A stretch of 61,255 nucleotides of DNA, the filler included, from Dugesia japonica (lineage: Eukaryota): NCBI GenBank assembly GCA_001938525.1. It is 5 parts of 5 records of this genome, joined end to end, with 100 filler letters (N's around TTAATTAATTAA, not from the genome) between each part and the next. Parts side by side here need not be neighbours in the genome. Positions count along the whole stretch, not along the records: positions 10,266 to 22,140 come from MQRL01597191.1; positions 22,241 to 32,939 come from MQRL01410816.1; 3 more parts are not named here. The stretch is one strand, 5' to 3'. The number at the start of each line of letters is the position of its first letter. The first letter of the stretch is position 1. This document shows, piece after piece, positions 12,801 through 24,465 of this stretch. Under the pieces are notes generated by a model. It saw only the letters and a list, made by a program, of their open reading frames with translations. It had not been told where the DNA came from and did no database searches. Position numbers and translations under genes: made by a program.

Positions 12801-13644
12801 ATCTTAACCTCTTGAGAGACAATGTCATTTTAAAATTTTTATATTTAATTTGTTTCATTGATCGAATGATTTAGTTTTTTCAACAAGTTCGCCACAATCA
12901 TTATAAATAAGTTTTAATTCTTTCTACTTAAAGAATGAGATAGAAAATTAACAGATGCTGCTGAACTTAACATTCCTAGTGAATCATGAAATCTTATAAC
13001 TTTACGGAAATATAAACTTTTTTTAGTGATAGCAATTCCAAGTTCTTTTTGATCACTTGAATTTAAATTTATTAATTTTCATAATTATTCAACTGTTAAA
13101 TGAAAATCATATTTTAAACCATTATGAAAAACAGGTAATATTTTATTTTATTTTTAACAACCTTTTAATAGTAGGGATTAACATTTTCTATTTTCTATTA
13201 GTATTTTCTATTTTCTATTGTACATTATTAATTGTTCATTTGTATAATATGAACAACATGATATCGTATTGTTTAATANNNNNNNNNNNNNNNNNNNNNN
13301 NNNNNNNNNNNNNNNNNNNNNNNNNNNNNNNNNNNNNNNNNNNNNNNNNNNNNNNATCTATTTACGTACTAATATTCGATAGGAAAGATTCAAAATTTCA
13401 AAAATTTAATCCATTGGTAAGGTTTATTAAATTGATTTTTGAAATAATAAAATTACTTTCAAAAACAAATAAATAAATATTAAATTCCAAATTAAAAAGT
13501 GAAAAGCTTAAAACAAAATCAATAATAATAATAAATCAATAAACAATAATCCAAGAAGAAAGCAATTACTGAAAATTTGAAAATACATTTTTGATTTACG
13601 CTTTTAACTTTTAATTGAGATTTTGAATTTAATTAGTATTATAA

Positions 13645-14231
13645 TTTGAAACAATCACAGGGGATCGGTATGGAGTTCCATTGATGCATTTAAGCCGAGC
13701 ATTAAACGATAAACGGCCATATCATGCGATAAAGTCATTTTGCTACATGACAATGNTCAACCGCATGTTTCGCAAACGGTTAAAACATTCTTGGAAACCC
13801 TCAGATGGGAAGTTTTACACCACCCGCCGTATTCGTCAGATATTGCCCTACAGATTACCACCTGTTTCGTTGCATGGCTCATAGCCTGGCTGACCAGCAT
13901 TTTAAGTCTTACGAGGATACTAAAAACTGACTCGAATCTTGGATCGACTAAAATAGTGAGGATTTTTTAAAACATGGATTCGGTACCTTGCCTGAAAGAT
14001 GGGAAAAAGTATTGACAAGCGGTGGAGAATATTTCCAAGAATGAATTTATATAATAAAGTTTATTTATTTTAGTTATCTCTTCTTAGTTATTTATTCAAA
14101 AANNNNNNNNNNNNNNNNNNNNNNNNNNNNNNNNNNNNNNNNNNNNNNNNNNTAATAAAGTTTATTTATTTTAGTTATCTCTTCTTAGTTATTTATTCAA
14201 AAAAAATCCGGAAACTTATTCACACATGATA
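13645..14231 (+). mobile_element. mariner (Mos1/mauritiana-like) 3' half with right TIR, in the FN3 gene segment
   Basis: TITGDRY..LMHLSRAL.DKRP, LLHDNxQPHV, WEVLHHPPYSSDIA/DYHLFR, LPERWEKV..SGGEYF; TIR-like GGAAACTTATTCACACATGATA. Confidence 0.9.
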
Positions 14232-14299
14232 GTTGAAATAAAAAAAATTACTTGTAAAGATAATTATAATTACAAAAAAATAGAAAACATAAATCTCAC

Positions 14300-17200
14300 T
14301 TTAATGATTTTTCAGAGCTTTCAGCATAGTAAACAACCAAAAATACGATTTCACTCCCATGTTCAATTGGACTGTCCCATTGTAAAGCTATTGAAGTACA
14401 TGTAGCTGATACCACACGTAAATTTTTTGGTGGCGAAGGTGGAGACGAGGTTTTGAAATTTAATTTTATTGGATCACTGCTTAAAGTTATTTTATGTTTA
14501 AAGCATGTTCTTGATTCTTTTGTGAAAAAATTAAAAAATACTATCGATAAAATCAAAAAAAAATACTTTCTTCATATATTTCTTTAAAGTTATTAACACT
14601 TCTTCCTTCTAAAACAGCTGTGTAATTAGTATTTGGTAGAATATCTGTGATATAAACCATTGAATCTAATATGAAATTGCAAACCAAATTGAAAAAATAG
14701 AATAATAACCTTTTGTCGAAATACTGCGAACATCAAAATTATCAGGACTGGATGAATTCCACCAAGTTATTTGAAAATGATCAGGTGGAATAAAATGATG
14801 TTTTTTTTCAGTAACTATCAATTATTAAACCAGATATTACAGGGTTATTCCAAAATATAAATTTTATTATTGCAAATATAAATTTATTTATCAAAAATAT
14901 AAATTTATTTATCATTATTTGTATGTCACAATCACAAATTTAAAAAAAAGTATATTAAAAGTATAAAGTCAATGAAAATACATATATTGAAGAAATATGC
15001 ATATTGAAATCCTTAAGTGAATTCCTATCTGGCCAGAATTCCTGCAGCAATAAATTTTTGGCGTGATCAAATATTCACACAAAGTTACCTTTATAGTAAC
15101 AATAATATAGTAATAATATTATCCAATCAAAATCAGGAGAAAAAATTTAATATAAAAAAAATCTTTATTTACCTAAAATATAATAAATCATTCACAACTC
15201 CTGAAGTAGATCAAATCGAAAATTTGGGAAAAAATAAAAATTTTTTGAAATTTTGGAAATACTCATAAAAATTTAAGAAAAACATAAACATTTTTTATCT
15301 AAGCCTTAGTTTATTTTCGTGATTTTAAAAATATTTAATTTTATAACTATCAAATAATTTGGATAAAAATTTCATAATTATCAAAAAGAATAAAATTAAA
15401 TAAAAAATACAAAATAAAGATTATACAAGTTAAAATGTAACAAGAAAATAATAAATATATTTATGAATGAATGTATGAAAATTTTCTTAATTGGTGTATT
15501 TAAATATTTTTTGGAATATTTTATCATTCTTTCGTATGAAATATTAGAAATTTATTGGAAATCCCATATAATATTCTTTTATCATATTTAAACAAAGAAT
15601 TATTTCTTTAAATACATAATATAATAAATCAATAAACACACCATTTATATAAATAAATTGAAATTATAAGCATTAAAAATTAGGTTTATTTGTTTGCTTC
15701 ATTTAAATCAATTAGAATAAGACTTTCGATTTATTAAAACTTTATTAAAACTCAAATAATTCTTCTTGAAAATTATTCTTGCCTTTCTGAACGTAACTTC
15801 GAAAATTGCATTATGCAATTTATATTTTTAAATAATAATGAACTTAAACAAATTTATTATATTTATTAAAAATATATTTTGCAATTATAAAACTTTCATA
15901 TATAAAATAATTTAAAAATAATACTAATTATGAAATTATTTCAAAAAAATTAAACTGATAAAATTTTGTATAAAATACTTTTCACTAAATATTTACATTT
16001 AAAAACTTTTGTAAGTAAAGATTTTATAAATCTCTATAATTAAATTTTAAATTTACATTTATAAATTTATGCTAATAAACATTGATTTTAGTAAAAACTT
16101 TATTGTATTAAATTTTAAAAAAATTACACATTTCTAATAATAATTCAGAATTTTTTTAATAATTCATCGTGTTGTTCTTACATCTTAAATATTTCAACAA
16201 TTTCGTTTTTGTTCCAAGCTTCACCTTTTTTTCTTCAGAAAAATTTGTTCGTCTTCTCATCGAAATAGTATATTGTATCACCTTTCCATAGAACATCTTT
16301 CATCATATACTTTATTAAAATATCTTGTTGCCTTTTATTATCTCGATTATTTGTTTAATGATTCTGTTTTCACTTTTTCGTCTTTCATGCTCTCGAGCAT
16401 TCTGGCAACTTGCTCGTTTATTTATATTTGTATAATAATCTACCATACGGAGTCCTTTTCTAATACACCTTAAACAACTGACTTTATTACAATTCCATCT
16501 TAAATGCTGTTCTGATCCACATGCATAACATGTTTTCTTTACTGAGCAATATCTGCTAACAAATTTTCTAATTAAAACAAAGCGTTGCAATGGCTGGTGA
16601 ACGACTTTGACGCAACGTGATTTGTGATCGGGATTGGGAATAGCAAAGTCTATTAATTTCAATAATTTAATTAAGATTTCTACAAATAAATTACCAAATT
16701 TCTACTAAAATAATAATTAATCAAATTCGTTTTTAAATAAAGAATTCAAGTGATAACTCGCCCAAATCCTTATGGTTTCATAGATTTAATGAAGGCGATA
16801 CCAGTCTGGAAGACAGTCGGTCTTGATAAATGAAGCTTTGTTGCAAAGTATTCAACAAAGACCAGACACCAGCACTCGCATACTGGCTACTCAACTTGGA
16901 ACGTCTCAATCAACCATTGTGCGTTACCTTCACGAACTTGGTTTTGCAAAAAAGAAACCCAGATTTGTTTGCCATGCCCTTTCTGATCAACAAGCACAAA
17001 GGAGAGAAGAAATTTGCAAGAAATTGTTGAATAAAGATGACAGGTTCTAGAGACGAATCATAACTGGTGATGAAAAGTGAATATATCTCAGAAATCCTAT
17101 TATCAAAGGGCAGTGGCTTCAGCCAGGTCAGAAGGCATCGTCGTTAACTAAAAAGGGAAGATTCGAACACAAGGTGATGTTATCCATATGGTGGAATTTT

Positions 17201-18835
17201 GAGGGTCCTGTATTATGGGAGCTAATTCTAGAAGGCTGGGCTGTAGATGGAAACCTATATGCTGAACAATTGGAACGACTTTGTCTTCTGGCCACTCGTT
17301 ATGCAGCTTTAATCAATAAAAAACGGATATTTCTGCAGCATGATAATGCTCCAGTCCATAACTCTAAAGTGGTAAAGTCTAAGTTAGAAGAGCTCGATGT
17401 TATCGAACTACTACCTCATCCAGCTTATAGCCCAGACTTAGCCCCATCAGATTATTACTTATTACGATCAATGAGTCATTTTCTGATTGGCAAGAAATTT
17501 AATTCAGTAGCAGATGTCGAAAGTGAAGTCCTTGAGTTTGATAGATAAAAATTTGATGTTTTTATGACTTTTTTTCTATATATTTTTAGTTTAAAGTGTT
17601 CGGGAACTTTTGACTCAACCTAGTATTAAAACAATAATTCTACAACGATTTAATGCTATAATTATTTCCATCATTGATAATGAATATCAAAATAGTTTAT
17701 TGTTTATGTAATTAATGAAAATACCAATTTTTATGTTTAATTCCGCTTTTAATAAAATGGATATTTTAATATCGAATAAAGCATTAAACAAGTATAAAAT
17801 AAAATTTCATATTTTGACTCACTTTTATTCCAAACCAAAACAGCACCGAAACCATTGACAGATTCTACCTCAAATTTGGTAGGGGCACTAACTAATCCTG
17901 TATAGTGAATCACTATTTTCGAACTTGGAGTATTGTTATTATCTGGTATGAAAACATTTTTTTCAATTGAAAACATATATGGATTATTTTTATGTATTAT
18001 CAAATAAATAAAATAACATTAATATTGGTAAGAAAAGGAATTCAAAAGAAAATTTGAGTTTTAAATAAGAATTACGTGAATAAGGTCTTTTTTATATGAT
18101 ATCTAAGAAAATATTTTAAGTTATGAACCANNNNNNNNNNNNNNNNNNNNNNNNNNNNNNNNNNNNNNNNNNNNNNNNNNNNNNNNNNNNNNNNNNNNNN
18201 NNNNNNNNNNNAAAAAAAAATCGAATTAACTGTTTAATTAATTATTATAGTAATGATAAAAATAGCAGAACTTATGAAATAATTTTTCAGATTTTTAAAT
18301 ACCAATATTAAATTATACAAATATTTAATTTACCATTTATATTTGTTATTGTAATTAATTGCAATTCAACACGACTGCCCAACATGACATCTTTAATCCA
18401 TAAACTATTCACACTACTTGGAATCATGTTACTTCCATAAACAAATCCATTTTTCAAAATTCTATATCCGATTACGTGATAATTATCAGTCTCTTCTGGA
18501 GAATCCCAATTCAATAAAATACCTTTGGAATTCATTGCTTCAATGTGTAAAACAGCTGCTTCTGGTGGCTTAAATCCAGAAATTAGAATCGGAACTGACA
18601 AATTAGAATGTGAATAACAATAAACTGCATTTTCTTCATTCTATCATAGACATCATAGACTAAATAAAATATTCAAATATAATTTACTGTAATTGAACCG
18701 GCAACAGAAAAAATTTTGATTTCGTGACTGATATCATATTCGAGATTTTGAAATACGAAATTATATTTCTCATTTTTTGGAAAGGTTGACGAGTCTGCGG
18801 TAATATCCGTATGCCAAACATCATCCATGAAAATT
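14300..18835 (-). CDS. Fibronectin type III repeat protein (internal exons 18835-18688, 18640-18334, 17942-17823, 14814-14710, 14665-14567, 14516-14300)
   Basis: All GT..AG junctions are phase-compatible and give one open frame: ..KPPEAAVLHIEAMNSKGILLNWDSP..VIGYRILKNG..APTKFEVESVNGFGAVLVWNK..ITDILPNTNYTAVLEG..PPSPPKNLRVVSATCTSIALQWDSP. Start and stop exons not located. Confidence 0.88.
15199..15345 (+). repeat. Hammerhead-headed repeat (putative Penelope-derived), copy 1
   Basis: CCTGAAGTAGATCAAATCGAAAATTTGG...GCCTTAGTTTATTTTCGTGATTTT is shared with 21925-22085. Confidence 0.6.
16315..16662 (-). CDS. Zinc-knuckle (CCHC) ORF, gag-like, probably decayed, inside an FN3 intron
   Basis: CYACGSEQHLRWNC is a perfect CX2CX4HX4C; it is followed by a degenerate second knuckle CLRCIRKGLRMVDY. 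Confidence 0.55.
   Translation of the reverse strand: MKLIDFAIPNPDHKSRCVKVVHQPLQRFVLIRKFVSRYCSVKKTCYACGSEQHLRWNCNKVSCLRCIRKGLRMVDYYTNINKRASCQNAREHERRKSENRIIKQIIEIIKGNKIF
16745..17625 (+). mobile_element. mariner transposase pseudogene with right TIR, inside an FN3 intron
   Basis: RFNEGDTSLED, HTH STRILATQLGTSQSTIVRYLH, RIITGDEK*I, KVMLSIWW, HDNAPVH, LPHPAYSPDLAPSDY; TIR GGGAACTTTTGACTCAACCTAG followed by TA. Confidence 0.93.
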
Positions 18836-19348
18836 CTTAAATAAATTTTAAATTTAAATTGCTTTTAAATTACAATTTTTCTTGAAAAAATGTTAAGAAA
18901 ATTTCATATAAAGAAAAATCATTTCTACATCACAAAGAATTATACAAGACTTCAAAACATTAAATAATAATAAATTGAAATTGCAATTTTAAATGTAGAA
19001 TATGGGATCTAAACTTCGGTTATTTTTCTGTAGCTCAGTTTTTGTTCCACCAATGGTGTCCGTATTGATTGTATCAGTGATTCAAAACTTGGAATGCATA
19101 CACGCCCCAATTATAATTAATGCTTTTTAACTAAGGAGCGATAGAAATATCAGGTTAGATTTTAGTAATCTCTTACATTTATCTGTTTTTTTAAAAACTT
19201 TTTACACTAATTGATTGAAAATAATAAATTCGCGAAAAATCTAAGTAAACTCAAATAAATTTCACAATTGTATTAAATTATGCAGAAAATTTTCCAGTAT
19301 AATTATTTACTGTTAAATTTCAATATTAATTAATTAAAAATAAATATT

Positions 19349-19806
19349 AACTCTGAAACGCCATTTCAAGATATATATTTGTACAACATGTTTCGACAGA
19401 ATATCTGTCATTTTCAGGCTCGATATTTAATCATGAATATTGCTGAACATAATATTAATTATAAATCAGTTAAATCAAGATAAATAATTTTAAAACTTTG
19501 TGCAAAAACTTTAAAGATTATTGGAAGAAAGTCATGTGTGAAGCATTGATGATTAGATCAATTGATCTAAAAATTAATGTTAAAACTGGTCTTTCTAAAT
19601 TTTTATTGAATGTTTTTAATTAATTTGATTTATTGAAGAGATTGCATAATTGATTACACAATCAGAACTTTTAATATATAAACATTTTTTTAAACATTTC
19701 TTTAGAAAGGATTTTTAAAAAAGGATTAAATATTTAACCTAAAGATGACAGATATTCTGCGAAAAATGTAGTACAGAAATATATCTTGAAATAGCACTTC
19801 AGAGTT
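19349..19806 (+). mobile_element. Penelope-like element 3' end with inverted pLTR fragment and hammerhead cores
   Basis: ~70-bp inverted repeats 19349-19418 / 19738-19806 enclose a GIY-YIG C-terminus (NNFKTLCKNFKDYWKKVMCEALMIR..INVK..LLNVFN*). Confidence 0.7.
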
Positions 19807-19973
19807 TTTATTAAAAATTGCCATTTTTCTTCAATTATTTAAGAAATAAATATTATTTACGACTTAAATATTAACACACTGGTTTTCTACAATCGATTGA
19901 AAACTAAGTTTTGATTGGGTTTAACTTATATTATTTTACTTTTAATGGTCCGCTCCAAATTACGTTATGATAA

Positions 19974-20808
19974 CACTGGTCAACATTGAATTTGTCGTCA
20001 ATATTTTTAACCGAGTTTAGAACAATTGTATTGTGCCTCACCCAAATATCACATTGGTTTTGCTCAAGAGGGTCAACTTTTTGATCTTTCGTCACATAAT
20101 TTATTTTACATGTGCAGGTATTTTCTATTAACAGGATGCAAAGTTTATTCTTATTTCTTTATATAAACAAATTAATAAGAGTTATCAAACAGATTCGGCT
20201 AGACGATTTTTCAAAAATAAGCCCGATGTATTTTGCTAAATTTGCGGCGAAAACACCATTAATCCTAAAAACACCATTTTCATCCTAACAGGTTTCCAGT
20301 AACTGGTTTTATAAAACGTGCTTACCATGCATATTTTTATATAACACTTGGTGATCAGGATAAAGTGTGAGCATCACACATGATATGCAACATATGCACC
20401 GAAAATCTGAATTGTTGTTGAAAACTCAATGAACAAAGTACAGCTGGAAGCGTGGAAGACTTTTGTTCTGATCGCGAAGAACTTTCTTGGCAAAAAGGTC
20501 TATGAAGAGCTTGTTACGAATATATTCACTGCTTTCAGTCGAAAATGCATTACTAATTCTCACATATGGATCGGTTTCCCGAAAATCCTGAATCAATTAG
20601 TAATGATAAAGAGAGATTTCATCAGGACATAAAAGAGATGGAGATCAGGTATCAGAAACCTTGGGATGTTGTTAGAATAGATGATTACTGTTGAGCTCTA
20701 AAGAGAGAGATCTCTCACGCTGAGCATTCAAGAATTTCGGAGACGAAAATTTTCGAAAGAGACTTTGAACAATGATGAACCAATCATAATAATGTATCAA
20801 TGTCTGTT
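19974..20808 (+). mobile_element. Chapaev3-like (CMC) DNA transposon, internally deleted
   Basis: CACTGGTCAACA terminus; KNKPDVFC*ICGE, FIKRAYHAYF..LGDQDKV*ASHMICNICTE; MNKVQLEAWKTF...NFLG; FPENPE, ERFHQDIKEMEIRYQ, DDYC*ALKR. Confidence 0.75.
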
Positions 20809-21924
20809 NNNNNNNNNNNNNNNNNNNNNNNNNNNNNNNNNNNNNNNNNNNNNNNNNNTGAATGTGTTTTGAAAAGCGAGTTGAAATTTTTGTGTGATTA
20901 GTAATCATATTTTTAAAATCTTTTGTTTAAAAAAACGATTTAAATTATTGATGAAAGATTTAATTAATAAATATTTGGTTCAATGATAAATTAAAATTTT
21001 TAAAGTGAACGAAAATTTTGTCTTAAATTTTAAATGACAATTAAGTAAATAAATAGTTTTTAAATAAATTAAATTAAAGTAATTTTTAATACATAAAAAA
21101 TTTTGATTTTAAATATTAAAAATGACGATTGAATAGTAAAGTAAAAAGTTTTTTAAATAACTTAAAATAAATAACTTAAAAATAAATTTTAAAATAATGA
21201 CCAATTAAAACACGGGATTTTAATTTGTTTGAATAAACAAATAATGTTAGTATAGTTTTGTTTAATGAAGTTTCTATGAAATTGATAATTATGATATTGA
21301 TCCGATGAGTACTCCAAACTCATCTAACATCTATAATCCAATTAACTTTTGTAAAACTTAATAAATAAATTGAGTTAGAAAACAAATTTTTAAACGTAAA
21401 TATTAACAAAACTAAAATATTAACAAAAATGTAATCGATTTAGTTAAAGGATTAGATTTTTAAAAAATCATCTGACTTGATAAAAATTAAATCATGTCAT
21501 TTTCAAATTAAGCAGTGTAAAGTTGTCTTAAATTAATTGAAAAAACTTAGACAACTGAAAAAAATAATTTTTTTGTAACTCAGTGTAATAAACAATAAGT
21601 AGAATTCCAAAAGTAGAAAAATTTATTTGATTTGATTATTATTTTGATTTCACGTTTACTCGATTCTTACTATCAAACCATCTTTTAATGTAGAATTGTT
21701 TGCTCATTTCGAATAACATGGTTAAAAATTATATTTATAATTACATTTTAATTTTTAATTAACTGTTGTAATTATGTTATTGAATTGTGTATGCTAAGAG
21801 CTAATGGTAGTGACTATTGTGTATGTTTAGATACTCTCCACAAAAAATATTGGCATTTGAAATCAAGATGATTTCCATTTCCCCATTAAATTAGCTTGGA
21901 AAAAGTTTTACCATTAAATTAGCT

Positions 21925-22085
21925 TCCTGAAGATGATAAAATCGAAAATTTGGAAAAAATAAAAAACGTTTTTTTGAAAGTTTTTGTTACTTTAATAAAA
22001 AATTTTAAAAGAAACATTTTTTAGAAACTTTTTTATTAGTTTACGCCTTAGTTTATTTTCGTAATTTTGAAAATATTTAATTTTT
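21925..22085 (+). repeat. Hammerhead-headed repeat, copy 2
   Basis: CCTGAAGATGATAAAATCGAAAATTTGG...GCCTTAGTTTATTTTCGTAATTTT; homologous to 15199-15345. Confidence 0.6.
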
Positions 22086-22140
22086 TTATTTCACAGATCT
22101 TTCACAAATTTTAAAAAAGTGAATAATTACACAAAGCGTA

Positions 22141-22240
22141 NNNNNNNNNNNNNNNNNNNNNNNNNNNNNNNNNNNNNNNNNNNNTTAATTAATTAANNNN
22201 NNNNNNNNNNNNNNNNNNNNNNNNNNNNNNNNNNNNNNNN
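22141..22240. other. Artificial contig spacer
   Basis: 44N-TTAATTAATTAA-44N. Confidence 0.97.
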
Positions 22241-23362
22241 TTTATTAAAAATTTACTTTATTATCCAATCATCATTTTTGAATTTTTTAAATTGAACTTA
22301 ATTTATTTAACATATATTTTAATTTAATTTATTTCAAACAATTTTATTTATTTATTTAAAATTAAAATAAATTTCCGTTTACTGAAAANNNNNNNNNNNN
22401 NNNNNNNNNNNNNNNNNNNNNNNNNNNNNNNNNNNNNNNNNNNNNNNNNNNNNNNNNNNNNNNNNNNNNNNNNNNNNNNATTTTAAAAATATGATCACCA
22501 ATCACACAAAAAATTTAACTTGCTTTTTTAACACACAAAAATTATAATGAAAAAAATGGTATTTAAAATAAATAATTCCAACAGAGATATTAAATATAAT
22601 ATTTGTTAACATATTCTAAAAAATTAATTTTATTATTAAATTTTTAAGAAAAGAATAATTTGCAAATTAAAAAATTCAAATAAACCCAAATAAATTCAAA
22701 AAAATTCCTCATTTATTTTTAGAAATTTATATTTTGGAATTATAAAAAAAATTTTAAGAATACTTTTAATTTCGAAATTATTAAGGGAAATTTTTGATTG
22801 GATACTTTTCGTTTAATTATTTATACTGAAAAATCTGAATTTATTAACCAAGAATAATGACAATGATGTGCGATTCTATAATTGCTGAGGAAAATTATTA
22901 GGAATTCATAAGCTTTGCTATTGAGTAAAATTCAAACAAATTAATAAATTACGATCTTATTAAAATTCTCTCAGTCACTTTGTGATTGGTTGGTTGAATA
23001 TTTTTTTTGATAGCATGTATTCCAGTGTAGATTTGGGATGTTTTTAGTGAATTTGAATGAAGCCATGCAATAAACAGTAGGTCATTTATGTAGGTCATCC
23101 ATGTAGGTCATCAATGAACTAGTTAATCATTATAAAGGTATTTGCTATCAAATTAATAAAAATAACGGACATATGATAATTGGGCACAAATATATTTTTA
23201 GTAAGAAGGTGGTACTGAGTTAATATTAAATCAAATTGGGTATCGTAGCGATTTCAAGAATATTAAAAACAATTATAAACATAAGAATTTTAAGTATTTT
23301 TCTAAATTTTTATTGTGGCATGTGCTAGAATGTTAAGTTTTTTAAAACTAATTTACCAATAT

Positions 23363-23535
23363 ACACACGTCCGTCAGTTAACGCGGTAGATACGTTCCAC
23401 GGAAAACCGCGTACAAAAAAACTTGAAGTTCATACAAAAATTGGTAATACGTTCCAGGATGTAAACAACCCCGTAGAAATGCATGGAGCTCATACAAAAT
23501 GTAGGGATACGTTCAAAAATACGCGTAAAAATAAT
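23363..23535 (+). repeat. Three ~60-bp tandem units, pogo/Tigger-like subterminal region
   Basis: ATACGTTC..A...C(G/C)CGTA...CATACAAAA recurs at ~23390, 23448 and 23508. Confidence 0.5.
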
Positions 23536-23639
23536 CTATGATCTTCAACAAAATAATATATGATAGAAATGAAAAATAGCACAACATTATAACATTTTTA
23601 TTCATTTATTTCCAGATAAATCTATATTTTCAGATTCAG

Positions 23640-24465
23640 AATGAACTATTGTAAATCCTTCGTCATCTTCGTATTCATCAGTAAATTGATATTCATCATT
23701 TTCTTCATATCAGGATTCTAAAGATTCAGCTATAATGTTCTTGTAAAAGACTTCAGAAACATCTAGGTGAATTCCATGAGCGATGCATAATTGATGTTCA
23801 GGCATTACAAGTTTCCCAACACGAACCATAATTCTTGCCCCATCTGTTACTATTATTTAATGATATATCATGATCTTCCAGACATTTCTCAAATAATTGA
23901 ACACAAGCATCAGCTGGCATTGATTCATGCACCCGAGATAAACCAATATTCAAAAATTTTCCAGTTTCACTGTGGACGTTAATGTTGATGTATCGTTTAT
24001 TGACAATCAATGTCCCCTCGTCAAACGTCAAATTAAAACGTTTTCCATTTTTTTACATTCATCAATTTCTCCAATAATCTTATTTCGAATTTTCTTACTG
24101 TATTTGACAGCACGATTCCTTATAGTAGTTACAAAAGAAGGAAGAGACTGGTATCCTTTGGCTTCAAACCATCTCGGGATGTCATCCGTGCAAGCACAGC
24201 GTCAAGCAATTGATCTTTTTTAGTTAAGTAATAGTCGGATATTAATTTTTTTTTCAACGGTCGATCAGGTGATTTAGTGGTTTTCTCGGTAGAATTGACA
24301 GAAGATGACCCATGAATTTCCATTTTGTGTATTGAAAGCAGATTTGCATGCAGTTCTTTCGTAGATCCTGCGCCAGTTTTTAAAACCACACTGCACTTTT
24401 TACATTTAGCTATATCTACATCCGTTGATGTAAACAAGTATTTCCATATGGAATTAATATCAATA
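23640..24465 (-). mobile_element. hAT transposase (BED zinc finger plus first catalytic region) pseudogene
   Basis: NSIWKYL..AKCKKCSVVLKTGAGSTKELHANLLSIH; LARMTSRDGL; LTFDEGT..NKRYININVH; LNIGLSRVHESMPA; TDGA; QLCIAHGIHL. Confidence 0.85.

Noticed and set aside
13057-13476. 139-aa hydrophobic ORF
   Set aside because: It spans an N gap, has AT-biased composition and no motif.
14053-14203. 50-bp direct repeat around an N gap
   Set aside because: Identical sequence on both sides of a gap is a contig-overlap artefact.
9113-14300. Fusing the FN3 exons with the kinase into one titin-like gene
   Set aside because: They are separated by an artificial spacer, so adjacency is unsupported.
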